A stretch of DNA of 34,299 nt from positions 1 to 34,299 of the forward strand of contig ONSF01000040.1 in the NCBI GenBank assembly GCA_900320425.1, written 5' to 3'. The position numbers and the translations under genes were made by a program. Positions 1 to 9,727 of this stretch are shown piece after piece; position 1 is the first letter of the stretch, and each line of letters opens with the position of its first letter. The DNA comes from an uncultured Eubacteriales bacterium (lineage in GTDB: Bacteria; Bacillota_I; Bacilli_A; RF39; UBA660). The notes under the pieces are model-generated. The model saw only the letters and a list, made by a program, of their open reading frames with translations. It was not told the DNA's origin and searched no databases.

Positions 1-1
1 A

Positions 2-856
2 GTAAGTTTAAATGCTGGTTTTACTTGTCCTAATCGTGATGGAACAAAAGGAGTAGGGGGATGTATTTATTGTTCTAGTCTTAAAAGCGGAGATTATGCT
101 GGAGAAAAAGAAAAGAATATTGTAGAACAATTTAATGATATAAAGGAAGTTATGTTACATAAATGGCCTGACGCTAAGTTTATTGGATATTTTCAAGCTG
201 GAACTAATACATACGCAAGTGTTGAAAAATTAAAACAAGTATTTGAACCAATCCTAAAACTTCCTAATGTTGTAGGTCTCAATATTGCAACTCGTCCTGA
301 TGCTATAACGCTAGAATGTTTAGATTATTTAAGTGATTTAAATTCTAGAACTTACTTAACAATTGAACTCGGACTCCAAACCATTCACGATAAAACAAGT
401 AACTTAATAAATCGTTGTCACACATTACAAGAATTTTCTGAAATGGTTATAAAACTTCGAAAAAGAAATATTAATGTTGTTGTACATATAATAAATGGAC
501 TGCCATATGAAACAAAAGATATGATGATTGAAACAGTTAAATATTTAAATACTCTAGATATTGGGGGAATAAAGATTCATATGTTACATATTTTAAAAAA
601 CACCAAACTTGAAGCATTATATAAAAAAGAAAAATTTCATGTATTATCAAAAGATGAATATATAGACATAGTTGTATCTCAATTAGAATTCTTAAGACCA
701 TCTATTGTAATTCATAGAATTACAGGAGATCCAAAGGTTGATGATTTAATTGAACCTACTTGGCTTATAAAAAAATTTGTTGTATTAAATGATATAGATA
801 AGGAGTTAAAAAGAAGAAATACTTATCAAGGAAAAGCATTAAAAAAAGATAATTGA
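2..856 (+). CDS. TIGR01212-family radical SAM protein (YtqA/YhcC-like), 5'-truncated by the window edge
   Basis: The frame is open from nt 2. Translation starts ...VSLNAGFTCPNRDGTKGVGGCIYCS (radical-SAM Cys triad) and runs colinear with remembered YtqA/YhcC blocks (YFQA.TNTYA, IATRPD, ELGLQT, IINGLP, IHRITGD, YQG). The ORF-track Met at 152 is internal. Stop is TGA at 854-856. Confidence 0.9.
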   Translation, partial: VSLNAGFTCPNRDGTKGVGGCIYCSSLKSGDYAGEKEKNIVEQFNDIKEVMLHKWPDAKFIGYFQAGTNTYASVEKLKQVFEPILKLPNVVGLNIATRPDAITLECLDYLSDLNSRTYLTIELGLQTIHDKTSNLINRCHTLQEFSEMVIKLRKRNINVVVHIINGLPYETKDMMIETVKYLNTLDIGGIKIHMLHILKNTKLEALYKKEKFHVLSKDEYIDIVVSQLEFLRPSIVIHRITGDPKVDDLIEPTWLIKKFVVLNDIDKELKRRNTYQGKALKKDN

Positions 857-880
857 TTAAATTATCTTTTATTTTATTTT
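841..880. terminator. Probable bidirectional intrinsic terminator between convergent genes
   Basis: Perfect 7-bp stem GATAATT (848-854) / AATTATC (860-866) with a 5-nt loop. It is flanked by an A7 run on the left and TTTTATTTTATTTT on the right, so a T-run follows the hairpin on either strand. Confidence 0.5.
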
Positions 881-1657
881 GATTGCATGTAAAACAACTC
901 TAAATTTATTATTTGTTGCACAAGTTGATAACGTTAAAATTTGATTCGAATTATATACATCTACTTGAAAATCATATTTACTTCTTTCCTTTATAACTTT
1001 TATAAAATTTTGAAATTCATTATCTATAAATTCGGTTTTTCGATAATAATCTTCACTTTCTATTACATATACAGAGAATACCTCAAATGTACTATATTCG
1101 TTTTCAGTTATAAAAGTTATTTTTCTATTTTCCTCTTTTATAAACCATTCATCATTTAAAATATTTTTCATAGTACCAAACATTGTACCGTTTTTCATAT
1201 TATGTCCATAGATAATTATATTTTTATCTGTTCCATCAAATTTATTAGCATAATCAGCAAAAATCCATCCGGCAGCATTTTTCTCTTTATTAAAACTATG
1301 GTGTAAATAAAACTTATTATCATTTCCTTTAACAACAACGCTTTCTATATCGGTTCCATTTACTTTTAAAAAACCTACAGTATCTGAATTTTGTTCTTTT
1401 AATGATTTAAAATCAATTTTATAATTTTCATTTTTATTATTTATTATATTTTCCTGTTTCTCATCATCATATGCTAGTACTATCTTTGATGAAATTTCTT
1501 CTTTTTGTTTTTCTAATTTCGCATTGTCCATAATATATATTATTATCATAGTTCCATTATATATAATTGAGATTACACAAATAATTAATATTATATATGG
1601 TATTATACTAGTTTTTCTTTTTTTCTTTATAGGTTCAAATTCATATTCATTTCTCAT
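869..1657 (-). CDS. srtB: Class B sortase
   Basis: N-terminal TM anchor. SrtB-type blocks are present: NSDTVGFLKV.GT.I...VV, IIIYGHNM.NGTMFG (catalytic His) and LTLSTC (catalytic Cys). It lies immediately downstream of a sorting-signal protein in the same orientation. Confidence 0.9.
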   Translation of the reverse strand: MRNEYEFEPIKKKRKTSIIPYIILIICVISIIYNGTMIIIYIMDNAKLEKQKEEISSKIVLAYDDEKQENIINNKNENYKIDFKSLKEQNSDTVGFLKVNGTDIESVVVKGNDNKFYLHHSFNKEKNAAGWIFADYANKFDGTDKNIIIYGHNMKNGTMFGTMKNILNDEWFIKEENRKITFITENEYSTFEVFSVYVIESEDYYRKTEFIDNEFQNFIKVIKERSKYDFQVDVYNSNQILTLSTCATNNKFRVVLHAIKIK

Positions 1658-1727
1658 AACTTATCATTCCTCAAAACTTATTATCATATATTATAGTTTT
1701 ATCATTTTTTTAAAAAAAAAGCAATAA

Positions 1728-4700
1728 TTACTTATTGCCTTTCTTAATATAATTAATTGTAAATACAACCGTTAGTATAGAGATTGTTAAAAGTGTTATC
1801 CACATTACAATATGAGTTGAATCGCCTGTTTGAGGAGAAGAAGATTTTTTGATTTTTTGATAATAATATATTACTGTTATTTCATCTTCTGTCATTTTGC
1901 CTTCTTTATTATCAGGAATCTCAACTAATTGATAATCTTTGATGTCTTTAGGTTCTGTATTATATAAATCATTTTCGTGTCCATCTATAGTTTCAGGGTC
2001 TACCAAATCTTCATTTGTTTCTTTATCAAGATATTTTACAATTATTCTTGTCTTTTTTACATAATAATACTTAACTTCTATTTCTTCTTCCGTCATTGTT
2101 CCTTTACTATTATTTGGTAATTTATCAAGAACTAATTCATAATTTTCAAATTCTCGACTCTTTATATCATATGGATCTCCAACTTTTCCTTCATGTACTT
2201 CATTTGCTAGTATTTCATCTGTATTAATATCTATATGTTTTTCTATTACTCCTCCTGATACTTTAGAATAATAATAATTTAACACATTTTCTCCATCTTT
2301 TAAAACAATAGTTTCATTTTCTGGTTTTTCTACCAAAATATATTCTTCAAAATTCTTTGACTTTCCTGTATATCTTTGATTTATTCTACCTGTATCAGTT
2401 ACTTTTCCTAATAACTCACCAGTTTGTTTATCAATATGATTTACGATAACATCCACCTGTTTATAAACAAGTCCTGCATTTACATATCTTTCTTGTAAAT
2501 CACCTTGAGCTAATGTATTAAGTGTCTTTAAGATTCCGGTTTCTGACTGAGTTTCTATTTTGCTATTTATTTTTTTATCTTCTCCAACTTTTGGAGTTGT
2601 TACCTCATAAATTGTTGGATATTCTATTTTAACTTTATATTCAGATTTGGCAAGATTTTCAAACTTATAATAGCCAGAATTATCTGTAATTATTGGTTCA
2701 ACATCTTGTCCATTTATATCTTTAGCTTTAGCACCATTACCGGTTAATAAAGTAACTTTTACACCACTTAATTTTGATTCATTTGAATCCATCAAACCAT
2801 TTAAATTTTCGTCTAACCATACAGTTCCATCTAAACTTCTTTTTACAACTTCAATTTTTATAATTGGTGAAACCATTTCTTCTGTATCTACATTTGTTTG
2901 AACTGTTGCAGAATTATTATAAATATCTAATGGTTTGTTTCCATTTGTTTTTATAACAAATTCTACTTCAACTCTTGTTTTAGCAGGTAATGTTCCTTTT
3001 AGGGCAAACCCAGTTAAAGCTCTATTTATTGTTGTATTTGGAGTTATTTCTTGCCATTCATTTGTAGTTGCAAAATTATTATCTTTTACATTTACAGAAT
3101 TTCTTACATTAATATCTGATGATATATATAATTTTATGTCTGAATTGCTTACTTCTTCTAAAGTTGAAATATTTATATATTTTAATTTTATATTTTCAAC
3201 CACATAATTTCCACTATAGCTTGTTCCTCTTCTATCTCCAACATATGGTAAAATATCAAGCATTCTAAACGTTGTTAAATCATCATCTGTTTTATTTACT
3301 GATTTTACTATGTAATTTCCTCTATCATTTACTTCAATTACAGGTGTTTCAGTTTCTTTATGTAAATTATAACTTGCTAAATTTATCACTTGAATAGAAA
3401 TATTTGCTTGTCTATCTCTATTTTTTACATTACCTATTTTATAAGCTTCTCCAGATGATACTTCTTCCTTAACCTCAGTTATAGTTTCATATTGTGTTCC
3501 ATTGCTACTTTCTTCTGAAATATGAGCCTTATAGGTAATTGGTTCTATTTCTTGATTAATAATAGAATTTGGTTTATGCCATACAAGAGTTGTTGTTCCA
3601 TCTTGATTGTTTGTTATTTCTGGTTCTTGATAATTACTACTATTTGGTATATAAGTTAATCCTTTTGGTAAAGTTTCTTCAATTCTAACATTTACTTTTA
3701 ATGGAGTTTTTAATCTATCATTTTCTAAAATTGGACTTATTTTATATGTTGCTACTGTCTCATTTTTATCCAAATTATAATTAATTTTTTCTTTTCCATT
3801 TTCTTTATCAACGATATTTTTTTGCACTTTTAATTTTGCAGATGCAATATATAGAGAATTTCCATAATAGAATGTTGGTGCATGAGTTCCCATTTCTACC
3901 TGACCATTACTATCTATGATACTTTTTACATACTTTTGAGGATTATACATATATATTGTTGGAGTAGGATAACTATCATTTGAGTTTAAATGAGAACCAC
4001 TTATATTATCTTTCCAACCTTTAACAGTATTTGTAGCTTGATATACTTTTCCAATTTGAGCAGTATCTTTAACTTTCACTTTTACTGCATAACTTACTGC
4101 TCGACCTGGATATATTATAGCATTTCTTTCTTCATATAATATTGCAACACATACATATCCAGCATTCTTAAGTGATGCTATAGAATCAAAATATACTAAA
4201 TCTTCCTCTTTAGCATCATTCATTTCATCATCGCTGTCCCATCCTGTTTTATTTGTTTTACCAGCATACAATACTTTTAAATCTCCAATTTGAGCAAGAT
4301 TTGCTGTATTATCTCTTATATAATAGTAGGCAGATGTTGAATCCAATCCTTCCACAGGTTCTAAAGCCTCATCATCAAATTTTTGAAGTAAATTTAGACT
4401 TTTTATTTTATCTTGATTTAAGCTTGATATGTCAAAATTAGATGCAAGATAAATATCACTTCCAATTGATGCTACGGCATCTCCTCCTGACGGTGATGTT
4501 GCAAGTAGATAACTACTTCCGTACCATATTACTTGTGTTGCAGGAATACTTGTATCAACAAAATACTGATATTTATAATAAGTTCCAGGTGGTTCTAAAG
4601 GGACTAAAGAATTTACATGATTATCATTATCCTCTTTATCTATTGTAGTTGTTGCTCCAGAAATAGATGTTGCTTTAAGATTTGATAGTTCTACTTTCAT

Positions 4701-6008
4701 ATACGCACTAATTGATACTTCTGTTTCAGTTGAATATTGCATAATAGCTTGAATATATCCAGTACTAAAGAATCCTATGTTTTCTGTATACCTAACATAC
4801 GTTGCGGAATCATTAGGATTTTTAATTGGGAAAATATGGTTATATAAATCAAATTCGTAATCTTTTACTGTAACATGATATTTGTTCTTTTGAACTGTAT
4901 CTTGTACTATATTCCAATTTCCACCATTATAACAATTAGCTGTCGTTGCGGTTGTTCCAAATGCATTATATGGAACTGTGTCTCTTGCATAACGGGTAAA
5001 TTGTACACCATTCCAAAACATTCTTCTTCCATTTTTTCCAACATCAGTCAGTACATTTTCAAAATAATCCCATAAAGTTGGTATATAACCAGGTCTATTA
5101 GTTACATCCTCTCCACCTAATTGTTCACTAAGTGTAATATCAAAAGTAATATCACCCGTTGGTATTTCAATTCCTTTTAATTTTTTCGTTGTCTCTGGAT
5201 TATATAATTGTAATCCTATTCCATATCCAAGCATTGTTCCATAAATACTTGATGCCGTTGGATTTGAAACTTCATCCTTTTGTGAAAAATCAAAATGTCC
5301 TCTATAAGAAAGATAATCGTTCTTTTTTATTGTTATATTATATGATGGTGCTGCACTAACTTTAATTTTAGAATCTGTGTATTCATATGTTTCACTTTCT
5401 TGATTTCCATATAAGCTAGTAGTAAATTTAGGAGTTATTTCCAAACCATTTGGTGCTCCTAAAACCTGTAAAACATATATTAAAGTTTGTTTTCCAGGAA
5501 TTGTAACTGAATCAGTTGGCATCTTATAATATGCTGTAAAAGTTGTCCCATCACTTGATACTTTTGGATTTAACGCCCAATTCATGGAATTAACATCCCA
5601 TTTTGCATATTTTGCTTCTTCTTGCGAAATTGATGCCTTTACAGCTAACACTCCTCCACTGTAACTTACACCATCTTGTTCATTTTTTAACTGTGTGGTA
5701 TTCTCAATTGTCCACGTAATTTGATCAAAAGATCTAACTATATCGTTTTCCTCATTCATATCATTTCCTGGACTATTATCACTATCCCATGGTCCAAGTC
5801 CTGTTTGTCGCAAAACAACAGTTGATTCTTTGATGTTACCAATTTGTCCGATTTGTCTATCTGCTTCAGTTAAAGTATATTCTAACGATGCACTCGTTTT
5901 AAGTTTAAAATCTGTATATTTACTTATTCCGAGTACAATCAATAATACTAATACGACAGATAACAAAACAATTAGTGGTTTCAAATTTTCCTTAAATAAT
6001 TTTTTCAT
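1728..6008 (-). CDS. Giant (1426 aa) cell-wall-anchored surface adhesin with a C-terminal SPQTG sorting signal
   Basis: ATG at 6008 is preceded by AGGAGGAG; the ORF-track start at 6041 has no SD. Signal/TM segment is MKKLFKENLKPLIVLLSVVLVLLIVLG. There is an SdrD-B/Cna-B-like segment (DGTVWLDENLNGLMDSNE...YYKFENL) and three MucBP-like repeats. SPQTG is encoded at 1824-1838, followed by a hydrophobic helix and a KKGNK tail. Confidence 0.9.
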   Translation of the reverse strand: MKKLFKENLKPLIVLLSVVLVLLIVLGISKYTDFKLKTSASLEYTLTEADRQIGQIGNIKESTVVLRQTGLGPWDSDNSPGNDMNEENDIVRSFDQITWTIENTTQLKNEQDGVSYSGGVLAVKASISQEEAKYAKWDVNSMNWALNPKVSSDGTTFTAYYKMPTDSVTIPGKQTLIYVLQVLGAPNGLEITPKFTTSLYGNQESETYEYTDSKIKVSAAPSYNITIKKNDYLSYRGHFDFSQKDEVSNPTASSIYGTMLGYGIGLQLYNPETTKKLKGIEIPTGDITFDITLSEQLGGEDVTNRPGYIPTLWDYFENVLTDVGKNGRRMFWNGVQFTRYARDTVPYNAFGTTATTANCYNGGNWNIVQDTVQKNKYHVTVKDYEFDLYNHIFPIKNPNDSATYVRYTENIGFFSTGYIQAIMQYSTETEVSISAYMKVELSNLKATSISGATTTIDKEDNDNHVNSLVPLEPPGTYYKYQYFVDTSIPATQVIWYGSSYLLATSPSGGDAVASIGSDIYLASNFDISSLNQDKIKSLNLLQKFDDEALEPVEGLDSTSAYYYIRDNTANLAQIGDLKVLYAGKTNKTGWDSDDEMNDAKEEDLVYFDSIASLKNAGYVCVAILYEERNAIIYPGRAVSYAVKVKVKDTAQIGKVYQATNTVKGWKDNISGSHLNSNDSYPTPTIYMYNPQKYVKSIIDSNGQVEMGTHAPTFYYGNSLYIASAKLKVQKNIVDKENGKEKINYNLDKNETVATYKISPILENDRLKTPLKVNVRIEETLPKGLTYIPNSSNYQEPEITNNQDGTTTLVWHKPNSIINQEIEPITYKAHISEESSNGTQYETITEVKEEVSSGEAYKIGNVKNRDRQANISIQVINLASYNLHKETETPVIEVNDRGNYIVKSVNKTDDDLTTFRMLDILPYVGDRRGTSYSGNYVVENIKLKYINISTLEEVSNSDIKLYISSDINVRNSVNVKDNNFATTNEWQEITPNTTINRALTGFALKGTLPAKTRVEVEFVIKTNGNKPLDIYNNSATVQTNVDTEEMVSPIIKIEVVKRSLDGTVWLDENLNGLMDSNESKLSGVKVTLLTGNGAKAKDINGQDVEPIITDNSGYYKFENLAKSEYKVKIEYPTIYEVTTPKVGEDKKINSKIETQSETGILKTLNTLAQGDLQERYVNAGLVYKQVDVIVNHIDKQTGELLGKVTDTGRINQRYTGKSKNFEEYILVEKPENETIVLKDGENVLNYYYSKVSGGVIEKHIDINTDEILANEVHEGKVGDPYDIKSREFENYELVLDKLPNNSKGTMTEEEIEVKYYYVKKTRIIVKYLDKETNEDLVDPETIDGHENDLYNTEPKDIKDYQLVEIPDNKEGKMTEDEITVIYYYQKIKKSSSPQTGDSTHIVMWITLLTISILTVVFTINYIKKGNK
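1854..2456 (-). repeat. Three tandem MucBP-like protein repeats (about 66-68 aa each) inside the adhesin
   Basis: Three units share the pattern V..H.D..T.E.L......G.....Y......F..Y.LV........G.......E....YYY.K. They fall at approximately aa 1185-1385 of the 1426-aa protein, directly before the sorting signal. Confidence 0.7.
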
Positions 6009-6031
6009 TATCTTATCTCCTCCTATTATTA

Positions 6032-6040
6032 AGTATAACA
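6032..6040 (-). promoter_or_regulatory. Candidate extended -10 (TGTTATACT) for the adhesin-sortase operon
   Basis: The reverse complement of 6032-6040 reads TGTTATACT. It lies about 24 nt upstream of the ATG at 6008 and just downstream of the preceding terminator. Confidence 0.35.
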
Positions 6041-6042
6041 TA

Positions 6043-6084
6043 CAAAAAAAAAAAATAAAATAGTTACTTTAAAAATAAAGCAAC
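6043..6084 (-). terminator. Intrinsic terminator after the zinc-ribbon membrane protein gene
   Basis: On the minus strand: AGTTGCTTTA-TTTT-TAAAGTAACT, a 10-bp stem with one mismatch, followed by ATTTTATTTTTTTTTTTT. Confidence 0.6.
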
Positions 6085-6087
6085 TTT

Positions 6088-6780
6088 TTATTTTATTTTA
6101 TGACCACATTCAGGACAAAATTTCATGTTTTTATTTAATTTTGCTCCACATTCAAAGCAAAATTTTTGAGCAGTTTTTTCATCATTTTTTTTGACTTCTT
6201 TTTTTTCTTCATTTTTTTCTTCTTTAGTTTCAGATATAACTTCTGCTTCTTTAAATTGTTCTGTTACCTCTTCTTTATCCTTTATAACATATAAGAATAC
6301 TCCACCAAGTAAAGTTCTTGTTAAGACAGTAAATACAGTATAAACTATAGAATTTTTTTCATTTAATACTTTAAACATATTGTAGAATGCCCAACTTTCA
6401 AATACCAACAATCCAAGTGTTGCTAAATCATGGATATCATTATCACTTCCTAAAAGAAAGGCACCAGCTGCTAGTCCTAAAGTTACCCAAGTTAATGTTG
6501 AATTTTTTTTATCATCAGCTGCATAAATTTCAAATCCGAGTTTTCCTACCAAATAACTTCGTGCAATAGGTAAAAATGCAAACCATGCATTTGGTAAATT
6601 ATTTTTTTTTGCTAGATTCATAATTCCAACACTACTAAATACCCATAAGAAAACAATTCCAATTGCAAATATAATTATAAAGAAAAATACTAATATTCCA
6701 GCTCCACCAAGCCAATTCCAAAAACCATTTAAATCTAAATTTTCTATTTTATCCAAACCCTCTAAATTAAAATTAATCAT
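6088..6780 (-). CDS. Multi-pass membrane protein with a Lys/Glu-rich linker and a C-terminal zinc ribbon
   Basis: Several hydrophobic helices. The tail FCFECGAKLNKNMKFCPECGHKI is a CxxC-x10-CxxC zinc-ribbon. No family beyond this is recognised. Confidence 0.7.
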   Translation of the reverse strand: MINFNLEGLDKIENLDLNGFWNWLGGAGILVFFFIIIFAIGIVFLWVFSSVGIMNLAKKNNLPNAWFAFLPIARSYLVGKLGFEIYAADDKKNSTLTWVTLGLAAGAFLLGSDNDIHDLATLGLLVFESWAFYNMFKVLNEKNSIVYTVFTVLTRTLLGGVFLYVIKDKEEVTEQFKEAEVISETKEEKNEEKKEVKKNDEKTAQKFCFECGAKLNKNMKFCPECGHKIK

Positions 6781-6803
6781 AAATTTTACCTCTTTCTTTC
6801 TTT

Positions 6804-7901
6804 TTATTTATTAAAACGGAAATGACAAATATCTCCATCTTGCATAATATAATCACGACCCTCTATACGAAGTCGTCCTGCTTCTTTAACTTTTATTTCA
6901 TCACCATATTTTACTAAATCATCATAGCTAATTACCTCAGCTTTAATAAAACCTTCTCTAAAATCAGTATGAATTATTCCAGCACAGTCTCTTGCATTCA
7001 TTCCATCTTTATAAGTCCATGCTCTTACTTCATCACTACCTACGGTAAAATATGTTTTTAAACCTAATAGAGAATAAGTTGCATTAATTAAATCATCTAA
7101 ACCACTTGATTGAATTCCAAGCATTGTAAGCATTTCTTCTTTTTCTTCAATCGATAATTCTGCTAACTCACTTTCAACCTTGCAACAGGTTTTAATAACT
7201 CTTGTATCTGTATTTTTTACATATTCTTTCAAATCTTTTACATACTGATTATCATCATTACCTAAATCAATTTCAGCAACATTGGCAAGATATAAAATTG
7301 GTTTTAATGTTAAAAATTGAAATGATTTTAACTTTTCAAGTTCTTCTTCTGTAAATTTTACTTCTCGAAGAGGAATTGCTTTTTCTAACGATTCTTTACA
7401 TTTTTTTAAAGCTTCTACTTCAACTAGTGAATCGGCATCTTTAGTCGTTAAAGCTTTTTTTTCTACCTTTCCCAAGCGATTATTTACTATTTCTAAATCA
7501 CTTATTGTAAGTTCTAAATTAATAATATCAACATCCCTAACTGGGTCCGGTGTTCCTTCAACATGAATAATATTCGAGTCATTAAAACATCTAACTACTT
7601 CAACAATTGCATCAACTTCTCTAATATGAGATAAAAATTTATTACCAAGTCCTTCTCCATTAGACGCTCCTTTTACAAGTCCTGCAATATCAGTAAATTC
7701 AAAACTCGCAAGAATTAACCTTTCAGGCATATACATATCATTTAAAACATTCATTCTCATATCTGGAACATTTACAACACCAACATTTGGATCAATAGTT
7801 GCAAAAGGATAATTTGCGGCTAATATATTTTGTTTGGTAATGGCATTAAATAAAGTTGATTTTCCAACATTAGGTAATCCAACTATTCCTGCTCTTAACA
7901 T
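6804..7901 (-). CDS. ychF: Redox-regulated ribosome-binding ATPase YchF
   Basis: MLRAGIVGLPNVGKSTLFNA P-loop, YPFATIDPN, DIAGLVKGAS, and the C-terminal TGS-like block AWT...G..A...AG.IH.DF..GFI.AE. ATG at 7901 has AAGGAG upstream. The ORF-track GTG at 7910 is probably an over-extension. Confidence 0.95.
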   Translation of the reverse strand: MLRAGIVGLPNVGKSTLFNAITKQNILAANYPFATIDPNVGVVNVPDMRMNVLNDMYMPERLILASFEFTDIAGLVKGASNGEGLGNKFLSHIREVDAIVEVVRCFNDSNIIHVEGTPDPVRDVDIINLELTISDLEIVNNRLGKVEKKALTTKDADSLVEVEALKKCKESLEKAIPLREVKFTEEELEKLKSFQFLTLKPILYLANVAEIDLGNDDNQYVKDLKEYVKNTDTRVIKTCCKVESELAELSIEEKEEMLTMLGIQSSGLDDLINATYSLLGLKTYFTVGSDEVRAWTYKDGMNARDCAGIIHTDFREGFIKAEVISYDDLVKYGDEIKVKEAGRLRIEGRDYIMQDGDICHFRFNK

Positions 7902-7913
7902 ACTCCACACTCC

Positions 7914-9518
7914 TTATACAATTGGTTTTACTCCAGGACCAATTGGTAATCCTATTATATACCATCCAATCAAAACAAGCAACCAAGTAATAGAAATTAT
8001 TAAAAAATAAGGCATAATTAATTTTACTGCTTTAAAAATTCCAATTGGATTATCAGAATCACGATTATAAATATTTACATATGCAAGATAAATTACAAAA
8101 AATGCTGATAGGGGAGTAATTCCTTTTGTCATAGAGTCACTTGCTCGAAGAACAAATTGTAAAAATTGTGGTGATATATTAGATTGCATTAAAGGTGGTA
8201 CAATAACTGGAGCCAAAATTTCCCATTTTCCTCCAGCTGTTGTTAAAAATAAGGCAGCAAAAGCTATTAATAGAATAGAAATAATTAAAAGTGGCACTCC
8301 AGAGAAAGTTAAACTATCAATTACATTAGCAACAATTCCCGTTATAATAACTCCAATATTAGTTTTCTTAAAAATAGCTATAAACTGAGAAGCTAAGAAA
8401 ATTAAGATAATAACCCCACCTAAATCTCTTAAATTATCATGACTTTTTTCAAATATATCTTTGTCATTTTTAAATTTTCTAGAACCTATCCCATAAAATA
8501 ATCCAGTTATTATAAATAAAAGCGACATCATATAAGTAAATCCATCTTGAAAATATGAATTATCTCCAAAAATTTGTTTTAGGTAAGTTTTTTCTGACAT
8601 ATCAAGAAGAAGTCCTGATAAAGGAAGTCCTGGAATAACCGAATAAATAAATACAGTTATCATGACTAAAAAAGCAATAAGGCCATATTTAAATCCTCTT
8701 TTTTCTAAATATTCTTGATTTAATTTTTCCTCTTCTGATACAACATCAATAATTTCAACATTTTCACTTTCAATTAGATCTTTTTTTTCTATTTCTTTTT
8801 CTTTAACTTTTCCAAATTGTGGAACAATAATTTTCTCAACAATTATAGTTCCTACTATCGATAATATAATAGTTGTTATAATCATAATATACAAATTAGA
8901 AAGTAAACTAACATGATATGTTTCATCAACAAGACGGGCAGCTGCAGTAGTATAAGGAATTAAACTTACTTCTGATGAACCAACAAATATGGTTGTTCCA
9001 GACCCAAATACAACTCCACAAAAAGCAGCAATAATTCCTGATATTGGATTTCTTCCTTTTCTTTCATAAATACTTGCAGCAATTGGAATTAAAACAACAT
9101 ATCCTATATCATTAATAATAGTTGAAATAGTTGCTATAAAAATAATTAAGAAAGTTACAATTTTATTACTTATTTTAGAAAAAAACTTTTTATTTAAAAA
9201 ATCAAAACATCCACTTGAATCTAATATTGATATTCCTATTGCTATCATTAAAAACATAGACAATGGTGCAAAACTAATAAAATTTCTTGTTGCATTACTA
9301 ATAATATATTTTAATCCATCAAAATTAAACAAATTTTCTACTTGGACAGTATTTTGAACAATAGATAAATCCGTAGAACTTACAGTACTATAAGTAGTTT
9401 GAAAATTTAATGCTGATAAGATTCCACTCAATATAACTGTTATCATTATTAAGATTAAATATATGGATATAGGATGTAGTTTTAATTTCTTTAACCGCAT
9501 TTTCTTTTTTTTATTCAT
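7914..9518 (-). CDS. AbgT-family transporter (p-aminobenzoyl-glutamate / antimetabolite transporter family)
   Basis: Polytopic membrane protein. Remembered E. coli AbgT blocks match: NF..FAPL, ILAP..VP, R..DS....L.P.S.F and the C-terminal W....GLPIGPG. ATG at 9518 follows AGGTGA and overlaps the DUF951 stop by 8 nt. Confidence 0.8.
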   Translation of the reverse strand: MNKKKKMRLKKLKLHPISIYLILIMITVILSGILSALNFQTTYSTVSSTDLSIVQNTVQVENLFNFDGLKYIISNATRNFISFAPLSMFLMIAIGISILDSSGCFDFLNKKFFSKISNKIVTFLIIFIATISTIINDIGYVVLIPIAASIYERKGRNPISGIIAAFCGVVFGSGTTIFVGSSEVSLIPYTTAAARLVDETYHVSLLSNLYIMIITTIILSIVGTIIVEKIIVPQFGKVKEKEIEKKDLIESENVEIIDVVSEEEKLNQEYLEKRGFKYGLIAFLVMITVFIYSVIPGLPLSGLLLDMSEKTYLKQIFGDNSYFQDGFTYMMSLLFIITGLFYGIGSRKFKNDKDIFEKSHDNLRDLGGVIILIFLASQFIAIFKKTNIGVIITGIVANVIDSLTFSGVPLLIISILLIAFAALFLTTAGGKWEILAPVIVPPLMQSNISPQFLQFVLRASDSMTKGITPLSAFFVIYLAYVNIYNRDSDNPIGIFKAVKLIMPYFLIISITWLLVLIGWYIIGLPIGPGVKPIV

Positions 9519-9717
9519 TACTATCACCTACATCAGAAATAATTTTTTTTATTTTTTTATTAAATTCTATTCGAGGTAACATTACTACATGTCCACAATT
9601 TAAACACTTTATTTTAATATCAGCACCCATTCTTACAACTTCCCAAAGATTTCCTCCACAAGGATGTTGTTTTTTCATAGTAAGAGTAGTTCCTATATTA
9701 TATTTTTTATCATTCAT
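9511..9717 (-). CDS. DUF951-family small protein (YyzM-like)
   Basis: 68 aa with the pattern KK.HPCG.N.WEV.R.GADIKIKC..CGH..M..R..F.K. This pattern and its position next to parB are typical of DUF951. Confidence 0.75.
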   Translation of the reverse strand: MNDKKYNIGTTLTMKKQHPCGGNLWEVVRMGADIKIKCLNCGHVVMLPRIEFNKKIKKIISDVGDSNE

Positions 9718-9727
9718 ATTATCACAC

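Noticed and set aside
941-1727. ORF-track plus-strand ORFs 941-1159 and 1524-1727.
   Set aside because: They are antisense to the sortase gene and its leader, low-complexity I/F/Y-rich, and lack an SD.
6009-6041. Longer N-terminal extensions offered by the ORF track: adhesin from 6041, ychF from 7910, AbgT from 9527, parA from 11426, the small ORF from 16941, the NTase from 21162, comK from 28641, and recF from 29302.
   Set aside because: In each case a downstream in-frame ATG or GTG has a properly spaced SD and restores the conserved family N-terminus. The upstream codon lacks an SD, or overlaps a promoter, a DnaA box or the preceding gene.
2935-6063. ORF-track plus-strand ORFs antisense to the adhesin gene (2935-3207, 4253-4441, 4442-4648, 4875-5075, 5159-5359, 5830-6063).
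   Set aside because: They lie entirely within a strongly supported 4.3-kb minus-strand CDS. They have no SD, and their composition (I/L/F/Y-rich) is typical of antisense frames in AT-rich DNA.
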